DNA from: Candidatus Saccharimonadota bacterium
GTDB taxonomy: Bacteria; Patescibacteriota; Saccharimonadia; CAILAD01; BJGX01
Length of the DNA stretch: 39,915 nt
Assembly (NCBI GenBank): GCA_009691435.1
Contig: SICO01000001.1
Coordinates: 1-39,915, forward strand
Direction of reading: 5' to 3'
Shown here: piece by piece, positions 17,363 through 26,398 of the stretch
How the letters are laid out: every line of letters starts with the position of its first letter
How positions within the stretch are numbered: position 1 is the stretch's first letter
The notes under the pieces: model-generated
What the model was told of the DNA's origin: nothing
Seen by the model: the letters and a program-made list of their open reading frames with translations, nothing else
The model's database searches: none
Position numbers and translations under genes: made by a program

Positions 17363-20258
17363 GCTTTTCTAGCTCAATTATCAATTCATCGCCGTCCATA
17401 GCTAGTGTTTTTTTGAACTGATAAGACTTAGACTCTAGCGCGTACTCCTTAGCCAATGTTTCGTGAGATATTAATTCCTGATATTCCTCGAGAGCCAGCT
17501 TGAGGATACTAGATTTTGTAATAATGGCCAGCTTAATGCGGTTCTGAATTGCCAGGCCAGCTTCTTTACGGCAGGATTGAATATTGCGGATGATATCCCT
17601 TGCAAGGCCTTCGTTTCTAAGCGTTGGAGAGATATTAGTATCTAGCTGGACCTCCACTAGATCGCTCTTTTTATATTGTACTTCCTTAACATTGAGCTCA
17701 TCGGCAATAATTGCCGAGAGCTCTTTGGTAATTTTTTTAGGTCCAAAGAGTACAACACTCTGCAACGGCTGGCGAACTTTAATTTTATGCTCTGAGCGTT
17801 TAGCAAGGCCATCGTTAACATAACGGCGCACAGCATCCATATCCACTAAAATATCCTCATCATGCTGGTGAGCATTGGGCCAGTCACTCAAATGCACCGA
17901 CTGTGGAGCCCCTAGAATATCTGCTGTTAGGTGGCGATATAGCCAGTCACTCATAAACGGGGCCCACGGGGCGAGCAATTGGCAAATAGTTATCAGCGAC
18001 CAGTGTAGTGTCTGGTACGCTTGCGATTTATCTAAATCGTCCTCTGACTTCCAGAACCTTCTACGGCTCCGTCGAACATACCAATTGGATAAATCATCAA
18101 CCAATCTATAAACGGGCCAACATGCTTTGGCTAATTCAAAATTATCAGCGGCAGCAGTAACCTCTTTAATGGTGCTGGATACTCTTGCCACTAGCCAGAT
18201 ATCAAGAGGGTTCTCTAAGCCTGTTGGCATATCCAAACTCTCTGGCTCCCAGCTGTCAATCTCACTATATAAACTCATAAAAGAAGCGCTATTATAAAGT
18301 GTCATAAATAAATTCCGATTAATATCACTAAGGCTAGCGCGGTCAAAGCGCATATTATCGGCCGAGAGGGCTGGCGCGCTAGATAGCAGGTAGTACCTTA
18401 AGCTATCCGCTCCTTCAAGGTCAAAGACATCTTGAAGTGGCGGATAATTTTTAAGCCTCTTGGATAGTTTTTGTCCATCGGCGGCGGTAATCATTCCGTT
18501 GACCAAAACATTTCGATAAGCAGGCTTACCTAGTACGATCGTTGAGATAACATGTAAAACATAAAACCATAGTCTCGTCTGGTCAAGCCCCTCGCCAATG
18601 AAATCTGCTGGCAAACTATTTCTAAATTTATCAGTGTTTTCAAAAGGGTAGTGTTGCTGGGCTATTGGCATCGAGCCAGAGTCAAACCAGCAATCCAGAA
18701 CCTCCTCAACGCGCTTGTATACTTTTTTGTCTTTTTGTATCGTAACATTATCTATCAAAGGACGGTGCAAATCAGATAAATCAGTATCTGGGCCGGCTAG
18801 CTTTTGAAGCTCTTCAATGCTTTCTACGACTATTATGTCGCTCTCGTCTTTACTGTTAACCCAAATTGGCATCGGTGCACCCCAGTAGCGATTCCGCGAT
18901 ACCGCCCAGTCCCTAGCACCCTCCAGCCATTTGCCAAAACTGCCAGCCTTGATATTAGAGGGAGTCCAATTAATCTCTTGAGCTGCTGCTAGTAACTCTT
19001 TTTTAATTGTAGAGACAGCGATAAACCATGTATCAATAGCATAATAAAGCAGTGGGGTATCGCAACGGTAACAATAAGGATAGGTATGCGCAAATGTTTC
19101 TGCCGAATAGATTTTACCCTGTTTCGTTAGCTCCTCTATAATTATTTTATCAGCTGATTTGAAAAACTTACCCTCTAGGGCTTCTAGCCCCATATTTTGC
19201 TTAACTTTGCCTGACAAATCAATAGTATTAATGATAGGGATACCCTTCTCCTGGCCTAGGGCGAGATCGTCCTCACCAAAAGCTGGGGCTACATGTAAGA
19301 TCCCAGTTCCATCATCAACGCTCACAAAATCCGCAGCCCATATTTTGTAAAGATTCTGATGCTTTGCCGTACCCTTAATATCAAATAATGGCTGGTAGCT
19401 CTTGCCGACTAAGTCACTAGCTGCGATAGTCTTCAAGACCTCATAGCTATCGCTCTTAATGCTCTCCAGGCGCTTTTCGGCAATTATCAACTGCTCGCTT
19501 GTTTCGTCCTGATAATGAACATTAATAAGCAGATATTTAGCATTGGGCTCAATTGCCAGGGCACAATTACCCGGTAGGCTCCATGGCGTTGTAGTCCACG
19601 CCAATAAGCTTGCCTGCTCGCCTTGTAGCTTGAACTTTACAATCACGCTAGGGTCCGAGACGTTATCTTTATAGCCCTCATTAACCTCAAAATTACTAAG
19701 TGGTGTAGCACAGCGCGGGCAATAAGGCATGCACTTAAAGCCCTTATAAATTAAGCCTTTTTTATAAATCTGCGCAAATGTCCACCATTCCGACTCAATA
19801 TATTGATTATCGATAGTAGCATAGGCATTTTCTTTATCCGTCCAGCGACCAATTCTATCAAAGTAACTTTCCCAGTCGCTCTTATATTTAAAAACAGAGT
19901 CCCGGCAGGCATTATTGAATTTCTCTAGTCCCAACTCCATAATTTGCTGTTTGCCAACAACATTAAACTGTTTTTCTATTTCAAATTCTACTGGTAAGCC
20001 ATGGCAATCCCAGCCGTTTCTACGCTCCACGTACCTTCCCTTCATGGTTTGGAATCGCCCGATTGAATCCTTAATGCTAGTCACTAGGCTGTGCCCGAAG
20101 TGAGGAAGACCATTTGCAAATGGTGGGCCATCGTAAAAACTAAATGGTTTACCATCCTTAGTTTTCTGTAATGAGGCTGCGAAAGTGCCCTCATCCTGCC
20201 AGGCCTTGAGCATTGCTTCTTCGACTACTTTCGGTTTGTACTGAGGTAATTTTTTCAT
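17352..20258 (-). CDS. ileS: Isoleucyl-tRNA synthetase, type 2 (eukaryote-like)
   Basis: YDGPPFANGLPHFGH, GWDCHGLP, WTTTPW, SRNRYWG, KLSKR; type-2 C-terminus EGLARDIIRNIQSCRK. Confidence 0.96.
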   Translation of the reverse strand: MKKLPQYKPKVVEEAMLKAWQDEGTFAASLQKTKDGKPFSFYDGPPFANGLPHFGHSLVTSIKDSIGRFQTMKGRYVERRNGWDCHGLPVEFEIEKQFNVVGKQQIMELGLEKFNNACRDSVFKYKSDWESYFDRIGRWTDKENAYATIDNQYIESEWWTFAQIYKKGLIYKGFKCMPYCPRCATPLSNFEVNEGYKDNVSDPSVIVKFKLQGEQASLLAWTTTPWSLPGNCALAIEPNAKYLLINVHYQDETSEQLIIAEKRLESIKSDSYEVLKTIAASDLVGKSYQPLFDIKGTAKHQNLYKIWAADFVSVDDGTGILHVAPAFGEDDLALGQEKGIPIINTIDLSGKVKQNMGLEALEGKFFKSADKIIIEELTKQGKIYSAETFAHTYPYCYRCDTPLLYYAIDTWFIAVSTIKKELLAAAQEINWTPSNIKAGSFGKWLEGARDWAVSRNRYWGAPMPIWVNSKDESDIIVVESIEELQKLAGPDTDLSDLHRPLIDNVTIQKDKKVYKRVEEVLDCWFDSGSMPIAQQHYPFENTDKFRNSLPADFIGEGLDQTRLWFYVLHVISTIVLGKPAYRNVLVNGMITAADGQKLSKRLKNYPPLQDVFDLEGADSLRYYLLSSAPALSADNMRFDRASLSDINRNLFMTLYNSASFMSLYSEIDSWEPESLDMPTGLENPLDIWLVARVSSTIKEVTAAADNFELAKACWPVYRLVDDLSNWYVRRSRRRFWKSEDDLDKSQAYQTLHWSLITICQLLAPWAPFMSDWLYRHLTADILGAPQSVHLSDWPNAHQHDEDILVDMDAVRRYVNDGLAKRSEHKIKVRQPLQSVVLFGPKKITKELSAIIADELNVKEVQYKKSDLVEVQLDTNISPTLRNEGLARDIIRNIQSCRKEAGLAIQNRIKLAIITKSSILKLALEEYQELISHETLAKEYALESKSYQFKKTLAMDGDELIIELEKHEA

Positions 20259-20272
20259 TGCAGGGCTCCCTT

Positions 20273-20501
20273 AAAATATTAAGACACCGCATCATATCAA
20301 ATACTCGATGCGGTGTCAGGGTTCATGTATTATTGAACGGTACCACCTGACTTCCCTTTTTTAAAAGGGCACTTCATTAATGAGCTCTATCGCGTCTCGA
20401 GCGATGGGTTCTACTAACTCTGTCTAGCAGGGTTTTCTTCCCACGGCGCTGCGTTTTAAAAAAACGCACTCTTGGTCGATAACCAATCGTATCCTAACGC
20501 C
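20273..20501 (-). ncRNA. T-box riboswitch (Ile; ultrashort Stem I type) upstream of ileS
   Basis: T-box GUCAGG-UGGUACC-GUUCA...UGAAC-CCUGAC; Stem II UGGG-AAGAA...AGUAGAA-CCCA; AUC in an apical loop (20478-20480); downstream 11-bp hairpin at 20283-20317; TATAAT at 20514-20519. Confidence 0.88.
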
Positions 20502-20539
20502 TTAACTACACTTATTATAGTATTATAATGCGTTAAATA

Positions 20540-20806
20540 CTAGATATAGCCAATTGCTTGGTGGAGTTCATTGCTAGTTGGCAAAGTCCCTTGCCAGACG
20601 GCCTGGAAGGTATCGTCATCTCTGACTAATAGTAGCGCTGGAAAACTCAAAATATCATAGGCCCCAAGCGTACTAATTGCGCTGGCTGAATTAATGTCAA
20701 CAGCACTTAATCTGACGTGATTTAGCTTGAGGTTTTTCTTTAACTCCGATAGCTCAAGCCTAAATTTCTTGGTATCCCCCCTGCTATAAAAAAGTGTTGC
20801 CTTCAT
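20540..20806 (-). CDS. Small thioredoxin-fold-like protein lacking cysteines
   Basis: Beta-alpha-beta pattern; VDIN...YDILSFPALLLV (cis-Pro loop-like); no Cys; follows nrdR. Confidence 0.6.
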   Translation of the reverse strand: MKATLFYSRGDTKKFRLELSELKKNLKLNHVRLSAVDINSASAISTLGAYDILSFPALLLVRDDDTFQAVWQGTLPTSNELHQAIGYI

Positions 20807-20832
20807 ATTGTTTATATTTTAACATAAGCAAT

Positions 20833-21291
20833 TTAATTATGGAGTTTTTTGATTTTAGTTAATTCCTTCTCAAAACTAGATAGACTTGCAAAGCTTCGAT
20901 AAACACTAGCAAACCTAACATATGCTACGTCGTCAACTTTTAATAATTCGTCCATTACAATAGCGCCAAGTTTGCTAGTTGGTAGCTCGGGCTGGTCTAG
21001 CCCGCGTGCTAAACGCTCCACTTCGGCAATAAGCTCTTCAATCCGCACAGCTTCAACTGGCCTTTTTTCAAATGCCTTATAGACTCCTGTTGATAATTTC
21101 TGTTTATCAAATAGCTCCCGTTCGCCGTTTTTCTTAATAACAAAAAGGTTCGGTACCTCTAGTCGTTCATAGGTTGTATAGCGATGTTTACAATCAAGGC
21201 ATTCGCGTCGCCGACGAATAGAACTAGCACCCTCCACGTCTCGCGACTCAAGTACCCGGCTTTCTTCTATACTGCAAACGGGGCACTTCAT
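20833..21291 (-). CDS. nrdR: Transcriptional repressor NrdR
   Basis: MKCPVC...SRVLESR...IRRRRECLDC..RYTTYE; ATP-cone VIKKNGERELFD; VAYVRFASVYR. Confidence 0.97.
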   Translation of the reverse strand: MKCPVCSIEESRVLESRDVEGASSIRRRRECLDCKHRYTTYERLEVPNLFVIKKNGERELFDKQKLSTGVYKAFEKRPVEAVRIEELIAEVERLARGLDQPELPTSKLGAIVMDELLKVDDVAYVRFASVYRSFASLSSFEKELTKIKKLHN

Positions 21292-21301
21292 ATCTACCCC
21301 G

Positions 21302-22702
21302 CTAAAGTTTTTTCTTTACAAAGCTTGGCATATCGTCATCGGCTTTCTTAGCCTTTGGTCGGCCTATCTTTAAGCCCAGTCTCTTATAGGCTGGCAGATC
21401 AGAATCGTCATCCTCGGCTTGATCAAAATTTGTAGATACAGTCTCTACAATAGGCTCCTCTGGGAGTTCAGTTCTGGCTGATTCCTTATTATAATCTTCT
21501 TCATCAAAGTCAAAATCAATGGTTTCCTCGCCTAGGGCACTTGCGTTGTTAGCAAATAATGAGGATTTTTTGGGTTTTGCACTAACTAGAGGCTCGTCGT
21601 CGGTAGGATCAAAAACAGGCTTGGAGTCGTAATCTTTCAAAAATGGTATTGCGGGCGATTCGGTTTCTGCTGGGGCATCATCCGGATCTCCAAAAATACT
21701 GGGTGCTACATATCCTGGCTTGGGTGGAAAAATAGGGTGGGTACTTTTGTGGCTATCAAAGCCAGTAGCAACTAAAGTCACCCTGATCTCGCCAGTCAGG
21801 TTCTCATCTAATACAGTCCCCCAGATAATATTGGCTTCAGGATCAACTGAATCGTGTATTAATTTCGCTGCCTCCTCAATCTCGTGCATGCCCATATCTC
21901 GACCGCCAGTAAAGTTAATTAGCACTCCCTTAGCACCCTGTATGGAGACATCTAGTAGTGGCGAGTCCATAGCGTATTTAACGGCATCAATTGCCCTGGT
22001 ATCGCCCGAACCCTGTCCGATACCCATTAGTGCCGAGCCAGCATTACTCATAATGGATTTGACATCAGCAAAATCTAAATTAACCAGCCCATTAACTGTA
22101 ATTAGGTCAGCAATACCCTGTACGCCTTGCTTTAAAACATCATCAACCGTACCAAAGGCATCTAGCAATGTCGTTTTACGATCAACTAGCTGTAGAATCC
22201 TATCATTAGGGATAGTGATAAGGGTATCAACCCTACCCTTCAGTTCCTCAATACCCGCCTCGCAGATTTTACGGCGCCTATCGCCTTCAAAGGAGAAAGG
22301 CTTAGTGATAATTGCAACAGTTAAAGCACCTATGTCCCTTGCTATTCTAGCAACTACTGGTGCAGCTCCCGAACCTGTACCGCCCCCATAGCCAGCAGTG
22401 ATAAAGACCATTTCGGAATGCTTTAAGGCATTGTAAATAGCCTCTTCGCTCTCCTCGGCGGCTTGTCGGCCAATCTCTGGGTTAGCGCCAGCACCCAAAC
22501 CGCGTGTGGCCTCCTTGCCAATATGAACCTTGGTGTTAGCCTGTGACCAATGCAGCGCCTGGGCGTCAGTATTAATAGCAACGAAATCAATACCCCTTAG
22601 TTTGGATTGAACCATTCTATTTAGGGCATTGCCTCCGCCGCCACCAATACCGATGACTTTAATACGCGCGAATGTTTCTATTTCTGGTAAGATTTCTGCC
22701 AT
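21302..22702 (-). CDS. ftsZ: Cell division protein FtsZ with long acidic C-terminal linker
   Basis: GIGGGGGNA, GLGAGANPE, GGGTGSG, NLDFADV; ATG at 22702 has a GAGGT SD (ORF track extends to GTG 22717). Confidence 0.97.
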   Translation of the reverse strand: MAEILPEIETFARIKVIGIGGGGGNALNRMVQSKLRGIDFVAINTDAQALHWSQANTKVHIGKEATRGLGAGANPEIGRQAAEESEEAIYNALKHSEMVFITAGYGGGTGSGAAPVVARIARDIGALTVAIITKPFSFEGDRRRKICEAGIEELKGRVDTLITIPNDRILQLVDRKTTLLDAFGTVDDVLKQGVQGIADLITVNGLVNLDFADVKSIMSNAGSALMGIGQGSGDTRAIDAVKYAMDSPLLDVSIQGAKGVLINFTGGRDMGMHEIEEAAKLIHDSVDPEANIIWGTVLDENLTGEIRVTLVATGFDSHKSTHPIFPPKPGYVAPSIFGDPDDAPAETESPAIPFLKDYDSKPVFDPTDDEPLVSAKPKKSSLFANNASALGEETIDFDFDEEDYNKESARTELPEEPIVETVSTNFDQAEDDDSDLPAYKRLGLKIGRPKAKKADDDMPSFVKKKL

Positions 22703-22808
22703 ATATTTATACCTCACTACTCCTAGAATAATTGCTTGGGCAGGATAGTATCCTCCCAGATGTAATTTGCCTTACCACATACCTTTTTTACTAGAAAAGG
22801 ATACATTT

Positions 22809-22837
22809 ATTATATACAAACAAACCGACTTATGCAA
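22809..22837 (-). promoter_or_regulatory. Sigma70 promoter of ftsZ-nrdR
   Basis: TTGCAT-N17-TATAAT about 105 nt upstream of the ftsZ ATG. Confidence 0.75.
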
Positions 22838-22999
22838 TATATTTGTTCAAGATTTTTATAACATTATAAGGTATAAATAATGTGTTCATTACAAAAAATT
22901 AATTATTCTATTTTTTTGCGCTAAGTGTGGTTAAAAAATAAATATCTACTATTTTAGAATTTTAGGCACAATAGGGAACTATTTATCAATAACTCCGAG

Positions 23000-24235
23000 C
23001 TAGGGCATTAATCCCTTAAAAAGGGTCTTAGCTTTATGGCCGATTCTGCCAATTGCACCATTAAAACTACGAGATTTGCTAATTTTGGGTGTATCCATAT
23101 CTTCTAGCATTAGCCCAATTGCAACGGCATAGGCAGGATCTGTAATCTTATCTGAAACGCCGGTATACTTCTGTGAGGAGCCAACCGTAGCTGGTAGTTT
23201 TACGAAACCCTTAGCAAACTCAGCAATTTCGGGCATCTTTGCACCTCCACCGGTTAGTACCACTCCTGCTGAAAGCTGCTGGTGCTGGTCAATTTTTGTT
23301 ATCTCCTTCGCTGCTAGTTCCAAAATCTCACTAAGTCTAGCGAAAATTATCTTATCAACGTCATTTTTGGATACAACGCCTTTGCCACCGAATTCGGAAA
23401 GGTCAATTTTTTGTTGATTTCGAGGGCTGGGATGCTGGGCAGTGCCATATTTAATCTTAACCTGTTCGGCAATTTCAATACCTGTTCGTAACCCATAAAC
23501 CAAATCCTTCGTAATATTATTGGACCCCATTGGAATAATATTGGTATATGATAGCTTCCCCTCGTTATAAACCGCAATGCCAGTCGTTTGAGACCCAAGA
23601 TGTACCAATGCTACACCGAGTTCCATTTGTTTCTTGGTTAATACCGTGCGGGCGGCGGAGATTGGTACGATCAGCTGGCTATTGATTTGAACTCCAGATC
23701 TAAATACAGCATTTTGCAGGTTTTTTAATGCTGGGCTGAGGCCTGTAATAATATGCGTATCAACTTCAAGGCGAATACCGCTCATACCAACCGGGTCGGT
23801 AATGCCAGACTGGCCATCGACGCTATAATTTCGGGGGATTACCTGCAGAATCTGCCTATTGGATTCTAGCTGGATTGCAGTTGAAGCTTGCTCAACTCGA
23901 ACTAATTCTTCTTTAGTTATCTCGTGGTCGGCTCTTGATACTGCAATCACACCCCTAGAATTTAAACTTTGGATATGGGCACCATCAACAGCTATCGTAG
24001 CTCGTTCTATCGCTATCCCACTCATCCGCTCGGCTTCTTCTAGTGCCGCCGTAATGGAGCTAACGGTTTCTTCCACATCTACTACTACGCCTTTTCTGAC
24101 GCCAGATGTGGGGGAGACCCCAAGTCCTATAATGCTGGGGAGTGCCGAATCCTGCTGGTGCAAGCCAACAACACAAACTACCTTACTTGAGCTAATATCT
24201 AAACCAACGTATGTTTCTTCGTCTTTAGGTGCCAT
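23000..24235 (-). CDS. ftsA: Cell division protein FtsA
   Basis: GLDISSSKV, GVRKGVVVD, DPVGMSGIRLE, AEQVKIKYG, GVVLTGGGA. Confidence 0.95.
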   Translation of the reverse strand: MAPKDEETYVGLDISSSKVVCVVGLHQQDSALPSIIGLGVSPTSGVRKGVVVDVEETVSSITAALEEAERMSGIAIERATIAVDGAHIQSLNSRGVIAVSRADHEITKEELVRVEQASTAIQLESNRQILQVIPRNYSVDGQSGITDPVGMSGIRLEVDTHIITGLSPALKNLQNAVFRSGVQINSQLIVPISAARTVLTKKQMELGVALVHLGSQTTGIAVYNEGKLSYTNIIPMGSNNITKDLVYGLRTGIEIAEQVKIKYGTAQHPSPRNQQKIDLSEFGGKGVVSKNDVDKIIFARLSEILELAAKEITKIDQHQQLSAGVVLTGGGAKMPEIAEFAKGFVKLPATVGSSQKYTGVSDKITDPAYAVAIGLMLEDMDTPKISKSRSFNGAIGRIGHKAKTLFKGLMP

Positions 24236-24280
24236 AGCTACCTATTATACTGCAAGCGTGGCTAGTAGTTCAAATGTTAG

Positions 24281-25030
24281 CTAGCTAGCCAGCACTTCGC
24301 AGCCATTTTTTGTAACAAGAACTGTATTCTCAAATTGAGCACTTAATGATCCGTCTCTGGTCATATAGGTCCATCCATCATCAGCTAGATATAAATCGTT
24401 GGTACTAATTGATGCAATCGGCTCGATAGCGATAGTCATGCCCGCCTTGAGCAGTTCACCGGTACCGGCAGTACCATAATTAGCAATAACAGGGTCCTCA
24501 TGTAGCTGGTGGCCAACACCATGCCCGGTTAAGCTGTATATCGGCCTCAGCTTGTGCTTTCTTAAATGATGCTCAATAACAGCACTAATATCGCCAACTC
24601 TAACCCCGTCTTTAATGACCTTCAGAGCCTCTAGCAGGGCCTCATAGCAACCTTCTAGTAGCCTTGCCCCGTCCTTTGAGGGCTTGCCAATACTAATACT
24701 GCGCGCGGCGTCTGTTATCATCCCATTATAATTAACACCGTAGTCAATACCTACTAGGTCGCCATTTTGTAATTTACGCTCATTTGGCAGAGCATGGACA
24801 ATCTCGTTGTTAACAGATACACAGACGCTACCCGGAAACCCCTGATAGCCTAAGAATGCTGGCTTGCCGCCGAGCTTTGCGGTTTCTTTTTGAGCCACTT
24901 GGTCTAACGCTAGGCTAGTTACTCCTGGCTTGGCAAGACCTACCAGAATATCTAAGACTGCCGTTAAGATTTCACCGCTACGGCGTATATTATCAATTTC
25001 CTCGGGAGTTTTAATCTTAGTGGCTACCAT
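24281..25030 (-). CDS. map: Methionine aminopeptidase type I
   Basis: CVSVNNEIVH, DYGV...DAARS, GHGVGHQLHEDP, AIEP, SAQFENTV. Confidence 0.95.
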   Translation of the reverse strand: MVATKIKTPEEIDNIRRSGEILTAVLDILVGLAKPGVTSLALDQVAQKETAKLGGKPAFLGYQGFPGSVCVSVNNEIVHALPNERKLQNGDLVGIDYGVNYNGMITDAARSISIGKPSKDGARLLEGCYEALLEALKVIKDGVRVGDISAVIEHHLRKHKLRPIYSLTGHGVGHQLHEDPVIANYGTAGTGELLKAGMTIAIEPIASISTNDLYLADDGWTYMTRDGSLSAQFENTVLVTKNGCEVLAS

Positions 25031-25569
25031 TGCAGGGCTGTCTTAATCCTCTGCGATATCTCTAGGGGGTCTCCTGCCCCATCTACTGCTACAAAAATCC
25101 CTTGCTCTTTCGCATGGCTAATAACCTCATCGGTTAGCCTGTGGAAAACCTCTATCCTATTTTGAATAATAGCTTGGCTATCGTCGTGGCGGCCTCTCTT
25201 TAGAAGCCTCTGGAGAGATTCTTCGTCAGAAATATCTATCAGTAAATATTTTGCAACATTAATGTCATGGGATTGGGCATATTCTTCCATCCATTGAGCT
25301 TGGTCCACATCTCTAGGGAAGCCATCCGAGACAATAACACTACCATCGGCAAAACTTTCTAGTTGCTGCTGTATCATTTCATTAACGATATCATAATCTA
25401 CCAAATCCCCTGCTTGTAGCGCTTGCCTAACCGCTTCGTCAGTCGTCGCCCTCTGCCTAATTAAATCGCCGATCCTGATAATTTCAATTTTACGTAATTT
25501 AGCCAGCAGATCTATTTGAGTATCCTTGCCAGAACCAGGCAAACCAATAATTGTTATTAGCTGCTTCAT
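25024..25569 (-). CDS. adk: Adenylate/NMP kinase (short, LID-less)
   Basis: GLPGSGKDTQ, GDLIR, GDLV, DGFPR, RGRHDD. Confidence 0.85.
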   Translation of the reverse strand: MKQLITIIGLPGSGKDTQIDLLAKLRKIEIIRIGDLIRQRATTDEAVRQALQAGDLVDYDIVNEMIQQQLESFADGSVIVSDGFPRDVDQAQWMEEYAQSHDINVAKYLLIDISDEESLQRLLKRGRHDDSQAIIQNRIEVFHRLTDEVISHAKEQGIFVAVDGAGDPLEISQRIKTALQW

Positions 25570-25934
25570 CTAATAAGGTCACTTAAAACGGTGTATATTT
25601 TGGGTCCGAAAATAACAGCTGCCACTACGAGCGCCCCAACCGCCGTGATTAACACGCCGGCGGCCATCATATCTTTAATAAGCTGGACGAGATGATTGTT
25701 TTCTTGACTAATTAGGTCTAGGGTTTTTTCGAATGCGGTATTAATAATCTCTGCCAACAGGACCATCACTATAAAGGTTATGACAAATAAAAACTCTAGG
25801 GTGCTAATCTTGAGTAAAAATGATAGCAAAATTGCAGCAAGCGCAAAGACTAGATGCAATTTAGCATTTCGTTCAGAACTTATTACTGCCCTTAAGCCTC
25901 GTAGGGCATACCTAAAACTAGCTAATGTGACCAT
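25566..25934 (-). CDS. dgkA: Diacylglycerol/undecaprenol kinase family protein
   Basis: SFRYALRG...ERNAKLH...AEIINTAFE...IKDMMAAGV. Confidence 0.9.
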   Translation of the reverse strand: MVTLASFRYALRGLRAVISSERNAKLHLVFALAAILLSFLLKISTLEFLFVITFIVMVLLAEIINTAFEKTLDLISQENNHLVQLIKDMMAAGVLITAVGALVVAAVIFGPKIYTVLSDLIR

Positions 25935-26389
25935 TCAAAATCCCTATATTTATAATGTAGTGCTTCCATAATATCACTCTGTAGGCGGTCTAAGCTAGCT
26001 ATTTGATTTTTATCCTGATGGTCAAAACCCAATAAATGCAGGGTGCCATGCAGTAAAAGCAATGTCAGCTCTGCCTCCAGGCTAACATTATGTCGCCTTG
26101 CTTGGCTTCTGGCTATTTCCTCGCAGATTACGATATCGCCACTAGCTCCATTGTGCTTATCGTCACTATAATTAAAGCTCAAGACATCTGTTGGATAATC
26201 ATTGCTGGCATAATGCTTATTAAGCTTTTGAATCGCCTTAGTAGTGACAAAAGATAAGCCTACGATTTGATCGCCGTCGTGGGCACCATTACTAGTTGCG
26301 GTAGTAAATTTTTCGATACCGCGAGCAACGGCCCGCAGTTGGGCTGTTTTTAGTAAGCTCTTGCCCTCAATGGTGTATTGAATTGCCAT
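25922..26389 (-). CDS. ybeY: rRNA maturation endoribonuclease YbeY
   Basis: PTDVLSF, GDIVI, HGTLHLLGFDH. Confidence 0.95.
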   Translation of the reverse strand: MAIQYTIEGKSLLKTAQLRAVARGIEKFTTATSNGAHDGDQIVGLSFVTTKAIQKLNKHYASNDYPTDVLSFNYSDDKHNGASGDIVICEEIARSQARRHNVSLEAELTLLLLHGTLHLLGFDHQDKNQIASLDRLQSDIMEALHYKYRDFEWSH

Positions 26390-26398
26390 AGGTTTTTC

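Noticed and set aside
20817..20844. TTTTAACATAA resembles the XerD arm of a dif site
   Set aside because: There is no correctly spaced XerC arm. The sequence overlaps the nrdR stop and the -10 of the next gene.
21720..22391. 223-aa + strand ORF, and the many other antisense or nested ORFs (e.g. 4064-4414, 16344-16673, 23859-24284, 31752-32141, 36416-36763)
   Set aside because: These are shadow frames of well-supported genes, with no independent initiation signals or motifs.
22723..22806. 27-codon minus-strand ORF in the ftsZ leader (MYPFLVKKVCGK...)
   Set aside because: Its ATG lies only 2 nt from the -10 hexamer, upstream of the expected TSS, and it has no SD.
22838..22999. AT-rich spacer as a replication origin
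   Set aside because: Only isolated, mismatched DnaA-box look-alikes (e.g. TGTGGTTAA) are present, which is insufficient.
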